The position numbers and the translations under genes were made by a program. From Promethearchaeota archaeon (GTDB lineage: Archaea > Asgardarchaeota > Lokiarchaeia > Sigyniarchaeales > SOKP01), in contig JBHLOC010000064.1 in assembly GCA_048940925.1 (NCBI GenBank), positions 1 through 18,407 on the forward strand: a stretch of 18,407 nucleotides of DNA. The letters are read 5' to 3'. Below, piece after piece: positions 1 to 6,544 of this stretch (positions within the stretch are counted from its first letter, which is position 1; every line of letters starts with the position of its first letter). Below the pieces are notes generated by a model. It was not told where the DNA came from. It searched no databases and saw only the letters and a program-made list of their open reading frames with translations.

Positions 1-498
1 ATTGTGAAAGATGCTCAGTATGCTTTTATTGATGTTTTTCAAGGAGCAACAACTGTCAATGAATTCAATAAACGAATTCCTGATGCAAAGAAAAAACTCT
101 ACGATTATGTGGAGAGAGTACACTCAGGAAAAGTTTCTCGTGATGAGCTTACAATAAAACAAAAGATCTCTCGAAGTCCCAATCAATACAAAGTAAACAG
201 CTACCAAGCGGTTGCTGCAAGACAGTTGGAACGGTCCGGAGTGATAGCTTCAGCGGGAAAGAATGTGAGATATATTATCCTTAACGCTGATGCCGATCCA
301 AGTTTTCCTGAGAAGAAAGTTATCCTTTCAGATTTATACGATGAAAAAAGGCACAAGTATGATAGAAAGAAATATGTGGAACTGCTGAAAAGAGCCTTTG
401 AAAATATTTTCCCGCTGAAGTTCCCTGAGCTTGAGGAACTGCTGAAATCTGATTACAATAAGAAGTCTATTCAAAAAGATATATCGTGCTTCACTTGA
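1..498 (+). CDS. polB: Family B DNA polymerase, C-terminal (thumb) region; 5'-truncated by the window edge
   Basis: The frame is open from base 1 (ATT GTG AAA GAT...). Sequence G-K-V-S-R-D-E-L-T-I-K-Q-K-I-S-R-S-P-N-Q-Y...A-V-A-A-R-Q-L...G-K-N-V-R-Y-I-I...Y-D-R-K-K-Y-V-E-L-L-K-R-A matches the PolB thumb pattern. It ends in PIP-like QKDISCFT. Subfamily (possibly PolB2-like) cannot be fixed from this fragment. Confidence 0.8.
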   Translation: MVKDAQYAFIDVFQGATTVNEFNKRIPDAKKKLYDYVERVHSGKVSRDELTIKQKISRSPNQYKVNSYQAVAARQLERSGVIASAGKNVRYIILNADADPSFPEKKVILSDLYDEKRHKYDRKKYVELLKRAFENIFPLKFPELEELLKSDYNKKSIQKDISCFT

Positions 499-515
499 AT
501 AAATAATAAAAAGGT

Positions 516-1064
516 TTAGGGAATTAAAATTATCTCAAAGAAGTCAAAAGTAATTAATATAAGGCAGATTAGTTCTAGAAATATCCATAGATTGCGTTTT
601 AAACTTCTTAATGCTCCTAAAGGTTTGCCAAAATAATTTATTAAATTGTATATGAATATAATTACCCATGTTATGACCAAAAACATAATAGGGAGCAACA
701 ATGTGACCAATTCACGACCAACATAGCCTAATAAGTATCCATAGCCAAGAATCGTAAAACCTGTTATGACAAAAGTAAAACCCAACCCAAAGGAGTATTC
801 TGCAAAAGTAACAAATCTCTGAATGCGTTCTTTAGGTATATTTCCTTGATTTGCTTCAAACTGAGCTTTAGAATTGGCTGATACAGAATTTACAAAAAAA
901 ATAAAGGAAATCATTAGCAAAAATGTACTTGAAACTATTCCATTAGCAAAAGGAGGGGGTACTTGCCAAATTAAAGCAAGGATTGTTAAAACCGCTCCCA
1001 TCATAACAGTACTGAGTGTAATCCAATCTCTAACATTAATTTTTTCTTGCTCTTGTTTACTCAT
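516..1064 (-). CDS. Hypothetical integral membrane protein (~5 TM helices)
   Basis: 182-aa ORF with five hydrophobic segments (WITLSTVMMGAVLTILALIW; IVSSTFLLMISFIFFV; FGLGFTFVITGFTILGYGYL; LVTLLLPIMFLVITWVIIFIY; LWIFLELICLILITF). It converges on polB with a 17-bp gap. No family recognised. Confidence 0.8.
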   Translation of the reverse strand: MSKQEQEKINVRDWITLSTVMMGAVLTILALIWQVPPPFANGIVSSTFLLMISFIFFVNSVSANSKAQFEANQGNIPKERIQRFVTFAEYSFGLGFTFVITGFTILGYGYLLGYVGRELVTLLLPIMFLVITWVIIFIYNLINYFGKPLGALRSLKRNLWIFLELICLILITFDFFEIILIP

Positions 1065-1156
1065 TTTCTTAACAAAAAAATCGTATTATATTAAAATTAC
1101 TATCCAGTTGGAATATATAAATTTTAATTATCTTACATTGATTTTCAGATTAATTT

Positions 1157-3745
1157 TTATACTAAAATACCAAAGCGATAAAAAAGCCTAAATATCAGTT
1201 TTAACACCCAAAAAGATGTTTTAGAAATTCTGCTTACAATTGAATTTAAAAAAGCTAGTGAATCATTTTCTTTTGAGTGTAAGAAATTTTCAAAATCGGG
1301 ATAATACAAACCTCCAGAACCTTTAGGAGGTCTACCAAAACTCTTAACACCTCTCCACTCTCCATTTAATTTTCTTGTAGCTAACCAAGTTTTATCAGTT
1401 GATATTTCAATTTTTTCTTTATTCAATAATTTAATTTTACCATAAACATTTATTGGGCTTATACCTCCAATAAAATCAGAATTTTCAATTCTTATTTCAT
1501 TTTCTCCTTGAATGAGACAGTCCTTTATATCAAATATTTGAATATTATTTTCTAATACCACAAAATTAAGTGAATGCCTTGTAATTGTATATCCAATATA
1601 TGAATTATTTACAAATAATTTAGCATACGTACCAGCAATTACCTGTAGAAATGCACTTTCTATTTTTCCTTCAATGTTTAAAGTATATTTATAATATGTT
1701 GTGTGAGCATTGTGTATTGCTTCTTTATCTAGATATATTAATTCACTTGGAATATTAGGATTTTTCCAATTTAAATTATTTTGTAATTGTTCTATTTTTT
1801 CTTCATAAAACTTTATTAACCATAGATATAATCTCTTGACTGACTTAAGTCCTTCTTTTTTTGCACTTTCTAGCCATAAAATTTCATACTCTTTCAATAA
1901 AGAAGTTAATTCAGATATTAAGTCTTGAATCTCACTAATTTTTTGGTTTGTATACCCTTCTCGACTAGATTTAAATTCAACCATAGTTTTTGAATTGATT
2001 CTTTTCTTACAAAAGAAGAGCATGTGTTTTGCTACAAATCCTAAATTTCTAATATTTATTCTATTTTTAAGTACAATATCTTCCAATTCTTCGCAGTTTT
2101 TTACGACTACATTCAAATCTGATATCAAATTATCAAATCTGGTTACTTTCATATTTTTTTTATACTTTTTACTGTTACTTGAATATGGGTGAGCAAAAAA
2201 GTGATTATAATAAGAAGTAGGTCTTATAAATAAACGACCTTTGTCTTGGATTGAACGAAACGTACTAAATATATGCATCAATTTATTATCGATAATACCA
2301 AAAAAATGTCGAAATAAACTTTTCCAAAAATATACTATTTTATTTTCTTTTGACGGGTCCCATCCTATCATGGCTGAAAATATAAATCCATAAAATCGAT
2401 TTTCTCGAATTTCTTTATTCCGATAATCACCCCAACTCGAGGTAATTTCTCCAATTGCTCCATTTTCGTAACCAAACTTAATTAAATTAATTATATTTTT
2501 TTCAGATTTCTTAAAAGAAGGGAAAATCCTATTATAATCCATAATAGAAGGACTTACGATTAATGGGAAATCATGATTTTTAATTTTCTTTAAAATAGGG
2601 TAATTCTTTTGAGAACTATACCTCCAATACATTATTATGAGATCTTTTGGTAAACCTTCGAGGATTTCTTCATGTTTACAAAGAATATCATGATAAATAA
2701 TTACTTTTTTATAACCATATTTTTTCACAATATTATAAACTTTCTTATAGTGGTTGAGATAAGCCTGTTCAATTCCAATTTTATCCACTAATTCTTTTGA
2801 AGCAAGTTTTCCAACATCCCAACTTTCATCTGCTCCAATATGAAAGTATTCGGATTTAAATACATCACTCAATTCACCTATCATTTCATCTAAAAGCTCA
2901 TAAATCTTTTCATTAGCAATATTTAAACTATTTGAACCAGGAAATTCTCCATATTCCCAATAATTAGGATTATGTAAAACATTATCCCAGTGACCAACAG
3001 TTTGAAAAATAGGTATCAATTCAACAAAATGTTTATTAGCAAAATCTTGTAATTCTATGATTTCTTCCTTTGAATATCTGCCTCGATCTTTTCCAATTTC
3101 AGGATGATTTGAAAATTTATACATATCAGTAATATATGCTAAATAATACTGATTTATTTTATAGTGGCTTAATTCTTTAATGAATTTCTTCAAATTATTT
3201 ATTGTAGGTGATTGACCTCTTGAAATATCATCAGAAATACCTCTTATTTTTAAAGCGGGATAATCAATTATTCTAATTTCGCTCACCGATAATTTATCTT
3301 GACTTGAGTTTAGTATTTGAATTAATGTTTGGATACCATAAAATATCCCTTGATAAGAGGGTGCTTGGATAAATAAGCAAGATTCTTCTGAAATTAGAAT
3401 ATAACCTTGTTCTGTATAATTTTGCTCGTTTAATATTTTGTTGTAAAGCTGATCCGGAAAATCAATTCTTAAATTATTCAAAAATGATTCTATTTGCGGA
3501 TACATTTTTATATTATGGACACTCTGGACTTCTATTTCTTTTTTTAATCCAAAAAACTCTATCCTTTCTTGGAACTGTTCAATAATAAAAGAATATTCCT
3601 CTTCTATGTCTGTTAATAATATAGATTGTTCTGTAATTTTCCATATTTTACTATTTTTAAATTTTAAATAACGAGGTTTTGGTATTATAAGTATATCTTT
3701 ATCAATGAATTCTGATTCATCTAAATTCTCTAAATAAATAAACAT
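1157..3745 (-). CDS. Glycoside hydrolase family 20 beta-N-acetylhexosaminidase (HexD/GcnA-like) with C-terminal beta-sandwich domain
   Basis: GH20 N-terminal domain (IIPKPR...EQGYIL...[12 protein letters not shown]...[11 protein letters not shown]), then [17 protein letters not shown], and the catalytic HIGADE motif (~2825-2842). No signal peptide. Confidence 0.9.
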   Translation of the reverse strand: MFIYLENLDESEFIDKDILIIPKPRYLKFKNSKIWKITEQSILLTDIEEEYSFIIEQFQERIEFFGLKKEIEVQSVHNIKMYPQIESFLNNLRIDFPDQLYNKILNEQNYTEQGYILISEESCLFIQAPSYQGIFYGIQTLIQILNSSQDKLSVSEIRIIDYPALKIRGISDDISRGQSPTINNLKKFIKELSHYKINQYYLAYITDMYKFSNHPEIGKDRGRYSKEEIIELQDFANKHFVELIPIFQTVGHWDNVLHNPNYWEYGEFPGSNSLNIANEKIYELLDEMIGELSDVFKSEYFHIGADESWDVGKLASKELVDKIGIEQAYLNHYKKVYNIVKKYGYKKVIIYHDILCKHEEILEGLPKDLIIMYWRYSSQKNYPILKKIKNHDFPLIVSPSIMDYNRIFPSFKKSEKNIINLIKFGYENGAIGEITSSWGDYRNKEIRENRFYGFIFSAMIGWDPSKENKIVYFWKSLFRHFFGIIDNKLMHIFSTFRSIQDKGRLFIRPTSYYNHFFAHPYSSNSKKYKKNMKVTRFDNLISDLNVVVKNCEELEDIVLKNRINIRNLGFVAKHMLFFCKKRINSKTMVEFKSSREGYTNQKISEIQDLISELTSLLKEYEILWLESAKKEGLKSVKRLYLWLIKFYEEKIEQLQNNLNWKNPNIPSELIYLDKEAIHNAHTTYYKYTLNIEGKIESAFLQVIAGTYAKLFVNNSYIGYTITRHSLNFVVLENNIQIFDIKDCLIQGENEIRIENSDFIGGISPINVYGKIKLLNKEKIEISTDKTWLATRKLNGEWRGVKSFGRPPKGSGGLYYPDFENFLHSKENDSLAFLNSIVSRISKTSFWVLKLIFRLFYRFGILV

Positions 3746-3792
3746 ACTATTAATTCAAATTAAATAAAATAAAATAAGTTTAGGAAATATTT

Positions 3793-3800
3793 AAAAAAAA
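3793..3800 (-). terminator. Oligo-T terminator candidate downstream of the GyrI-like gene
   Basis: T8 run on the minus strand 6 nt after the stop codon. Oligo-T tracts are the established archaeal intrinsic terminator, but the AT-rich background lowers specificity. Confidence 0.4.
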
Positions 3801-3806
3801 TAATAA

Positions 3807-4430
3807 TTAGATAAAAGGCTGCCTTATAACTGTTTTCATGGTAGCTGGGTTAGCTTTTCGTGGATCACTTAGATATATTTCATGATACTTTTGTTCTTGT
3901 CCATCAAAATTTCCACCTTTAGATTTAATGAAGTCATGAATTTTTTCAATTGTTGGACCTTCATCAGAATAAGGACCAATGTGCATAATTTGAGCAACTT
4001 TACCTTCTTTGTATTTTTCGAAACGAAATTTCGATACAATCTTTTTTAGGTCTGGTTTTTTTTCTATTGTGCTTTTAATTGCTTCATTGATTATTTCTTG
4101 AGTTACCCAATCTGGTTGCATTATCATCATTGTCCATTTCCATTTGTCTCTATTTCCTTTGGTGAAATCTACCATATTATCAGCCCACCACAGACCTTCC
4201 AAGGGAGGAACAACATAATCCTTACCTTTCGCTATACATAAGAATTTTGTTTTGAACGCAAATGGATATAAGGCAGCTAGTGCATCTTGATACTCTTTTG
4301 AATCACCAGGGGATCCTATTCCATCAATCATTAAGAATTGCATTTCAGGAACTTCAATCATTGCGACTTCTTTGGCACTTGGCTGATAAAATTCTTTCAG
4401 TGATTTTTTAAAATCTACTTTTGTGGTAAT
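3807..4430 (-). CDS. GyrI-like small-molecule-binding protein, lin2189/cyclopropanoid cyclopropyl hydrolase (CCH)-type; probable ATT start
   Basis: Motifs VPEMQFLMIDG, YVVPPLEGLWW, WKWTMMIMQPDWVT, QIMHIGPYSDE and HEIYLSDPRKANP. The frame stays open upstream of the ATG at 4361 and encodes TTKVDFKKSLKEFYQPSAKEVA, the family-typical N-terminus, back to ATT codons at 4430/4433. An in-frame TAG (4434-4436) and SD AAGGTG (4437-4442) lie just upstream. Confidence 0.88.
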   Translation of the reverse strand: MTTKVDFKKSLKEFYQPSAKEVAMIEVPEMQFLMIDGIGSPGDSKEYQDALAALYPFAFKTKFLCIAKGKDYVVPPLEGLWWADNMVDFTKGNRDKWKWTMMIMQPDWVTQEIINEAIKSTIEKKPDLKKIVSKFRFEKYKEGKVAQIMHIGPYSDEGPTIEKIHDFIKSKGGNFDGQEQKYHEIYLSDPRKANPATMKTVIRQPFI

Positions 4431-4453
4431 AATCTACACCTTGAAAATTTACC

Positions 4454-4768
4454 TTAAATATTAGAAGCTATTTGTTCTCCAATCCATTCCTTTACATTTG
4501 AACAAACCTTTGTAGCTACTTCTATTGCCATTACCATTTCTTCAGGAGGATTAGTCTTAAAGAAAGTGTCAATATCGGGAATTTCAAAATATCCGGTATA
4601 TTGAGGAACATTATCTCCTCTTAATGTTGCTTTTTGTTTGAATAATTGCCAATTTTTACAGTATTTTGACATTACTGGTATACCATAGTTTTTCATATAC
4701 TCTACAAACTTCTTTTCATTCTTCGGAAAAACTTCAAATGAATAAAAGAACTTAGTAATTTTAGTCAT
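4454..4768 (-). CDS. Hypothetical 104-aa protein, probable dimeric alpha/beta-barrel (EthD/NIPSNAP-like) fold
   Basis: Beta-alpha-beta-beta-alpha-beta pattern: FFYSFEVFP / EKKFVEYMKNYGIPVM / WQLFK / QYTGYFEIPDIDTF. It is tightly packed between two same-strand genes. The fold call is an inference. Confidence 0.7.
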   Translation of the reverse strand: MTKITKFFYSFEVFPKNEKKFVEYMKNYGIPVMSKYCKNWQLFKQKATLRGDNVPQYTGYFEIPDIDTFFKTNPPEEMVMAIEVATKVCSNVKEWIGEQIASNI

Positions 4769-4793
4769 TTTTTAACACACTTTATTTTTTAAT

Positions 4794-4925
4794 TTAATTT
4801 CGTGGCTGAAAGCTGTTTGTAGGACATCTATTTGTATCTAACGTAGCAGGAACTTCATGTCCGAAACAGTCTCCTTTGGTATCATCGATAGGTTTATAAA
4901 ACTTACAATCTTTGCATTGAGCCAT
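4794..4925 (-). CDS. 43-aa four-cysteine mini-protein (CX2CX12CX13C), putative [4Fe-4S] or metal binder resembling BssC/HpdC small-subunit domains
   Basis: Manually translated; too short for the ORF track: MAQCKDCKFYKPIDDTKGDCFGHEVPATLDTNRCPTNSFQPRN*. SD GGAGTGAT at 4931-4938, 5 nt from the ATG. It is more GC-rich than the flanking intergenic DNA and ends 25 nt before the next gene. Confidence 0.85.
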   Translation of the reverse strand: MAQCKDCKFYKPIDDTKGDCFGHEVPATLDTNRCPTNSFQPRN

Positions 4926-4979
4926 TATTCATCACTCCATTTTTTTATATTATTTTTCAATTTTAATTGTTATTGTATT

Positions 4980-5001
4980 GTTTTAAAAGTGTTTTTAAAA
5001 C
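4980..5001. promoter_or_regulatory. Inverted repeat GTTTTAAAA-GTGT-TTTTAAAAC in the divergent promoter region; candidate operator/TATA elements
   Basis: Perfect 9-bp arms with a 4-bp spacer, between the mini-protein operon and the divergent TrmB gene. Each arm contains a TATA-like TTTTAAAA. Confidence 0.4.
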
Positions 5002-5084
5002 CATAAATAACCAATATAAATTAGAAATTACTTTTTAATTGTGTCACATATTATTTACATAACCAGAGAGTACAATTTATAATA

Positions 5085-6098
5085 ATGTTAAAAAATTACC
5101 ATCCCTACTTAAGAGATATTGGATTATCAGAAATTCAAATTCAACTATATGATTATATAATTGTTCAAAAATCGGGCACTATTCTTGAAATTAAAGAAAA
5201 ATTGAATCTTTCATATGCTCAAGTTAATTATAACATGTCCGTTTTAGAGGACATGGGTCTAATTTTTTCTTCAAAAAGTCAAAAAAATAAAAAATACTTC
5301 AGAATTGATCCTCAAATAGCCTTGACAAAAGTTTTGGATAAAAAGATAAAAGGATTTAAAAAACAAATAAATTTAATAGAAGAAACAGTAAAAGCAGAAG
5401 AAAGCACAATAGGCAAATGTTATGCAAACATAACTTTCTATCATTATACAGATTTAAATTTGGCGGTTGAATATTATTTTAAATTAATAGACAACTGTAA
5501 AAATGAAATTTATATGTCATCCATACCCCCTACTTTATTAAAAAAGTTAGAATCTGCCTTTTATTCGGCTTTTTTAAGGGGAGTTCGATTAGTTTTATAT
5601 TTTTCTAAAGAAGATTTTGATTCTATCAATAATTATTTCGAAATAATTACTGAAATACTTAATCGAATCCAAATTGAAATTATTCAAACTAAAGAAAGTA
5701 CTTGCCAACATGTACGATATAATGATATTATTGTGAATAATGGTGTCATTTTAATTGATGGGAAATATCTTAATACAGTACTCTTCTTAAATGATGATAT
5801 TTTCCATTTTGATGGATTTTATGGAGTAAATTTTGTCCAACAATCAAAACAATATTTAAAAGTTAAAACAGTTGTAAAAAGGATTAAAATTGAGCACCCC
5901 GAACCTTTTCAAGCAGTATTGGAAATTATACAAAATAAAAATAATATCTCGACTAAGGATTTAAGTATAGAATCTAAGATAGGTGGGGGAAAACTCAGAG
6001 AAATTCTCGATTATTTTCTTAAAATCGGAAAAATAAAGGAATATGAGATAAAAGAAGGTGTAGGAAAGCCAAAAAGAGTATATTCACTCGTTCCATAA
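5085..6098 (+). CDS. TrmB-family transcriptional regulator with additional C-terminal winged-helix domain
   Basis: N-terminal TrmB wHTH (LRDIGLSEIQIQLY...VLEDMGLI...YFRIDPQIAL). Central effector/PLD-like domain (LIDNCKNEIYMS...AFLRGVRLVLY...ILIDGK). C-terminal wHTH (VLEIIQNKNNISTKDLS...LREILDYFLKIGKI...GVGKPKRVY). Confidence 0.85.
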   Translation: MLKNYHPYLRDIGLSEIQIQLYDYIIVQKSGTILEIKEKLNLSYAQVNYNMSVLEDMGLIFSSKSQKNKKYFRIDPQIALTKVLDKKIKGFKKQINLIEETVKAEESTIGKCYANITFYHYTDLNLAVEYYFKLIDNCKNEIYMSSIPPTLLKKLESAFYSAFLRGVRLVLYFSKEDFDSINNYFEIITEILNRIQIEIIQTKESTCQHVRYNDIIVNNGVILIDGKYLNTVLFLNDDIFHFDGFYGVNFVQQSKQYLKVKTVVKRIKIEHPEPFQAVLEIIQNKNNISTKDLSIESKIGGGKLREILDYFLKIGKIKEYEIKEGVGKPKRVYSLVP

Positions 6099-6372
6099 TT
6101 TTCTTTTAAAATTATTAAAAGAATAAACAATATCGGAATTTTTATTTTTTTTAAATATAGTACATCTCTCAATTTTGTCGGAAGGTTCTCACCGGTAGTC
6201 TTCTAAACTTTACCTATAAAATCTTTAATTTATTCATTCATTTACGTTCTTTTGGTACGTATTATAGAATATAAGACTTAAATCTAAATAGACAAATTTG
6301 TATTAGTTGAATGATTATTAGAAAACTGATACACTGTATCGATTTATTTTTTTAAAAATAGAAAATAATATT

Positions 6373-6531
6373 ATGTCTAAAGCAGTTAGTTATTATGATT
6401 GGCAGCAATCGTTTAGAGACAAATCTAAGTCAGATAAGTTACTAAATCAAGAGAGTACTAATTCTCTTGGATTATCTGAAACTAATTTTATAAATTTTAT
6501 AAAAAAATGGAAGAAAGAAAATCTACATTAA
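6373..6531 (+). CDS. Candidate 52-aa small protein, unknown function
   Basis: Manually translated: MSKAVSYYDWQQSFRDKSKSDKLLNQESTNSLGLSETNFINFIKKWKKENLH*. It fills an otherwise long intergenic gap and stops 13 nt from the convergent ligase stop. A TATA-like tract lies upstream; no SD is seen. Confidence 0.45.
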   Translation: MSKAVSYYDWQQSFRDKSKSDKLLNQESTNSLGLSETNFINFIKKWKKENLH

Positions 6532-6544
6532 AAAAGTATTTAAA

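Noticed and set aside
378-447. 13-bp direct repeat GGAACTGCTGAAA (378-390, 435-447) in polB
   Set aside because: Only two copies, both in frame and encoding ELLK; no array or target-site context.
1-498. Higher GC of the polB fragment (hand count ~37%) as a sign of horizontal transfer
   Set aside because: It appears comparable to the ligase and binding-protein genes, and no att site or mobile-element gene is visible.
874-1191. 105-aa plus-strand ORF
   Set aside because: Antisense shadow overlapping two well-supported minus-strand genes; no recognisable features.
1995-2192. 65-aa plus-strand ORF
   Set aside because: Lies entirely antisense within the GH20 gene.
6311-6329. ATGATTA...CTGA resembling C/D-box sRNA motifs
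   Set aside because: The C box is imperfect, the 8-nt spacing is too short for a guide, and there is no second box pair.
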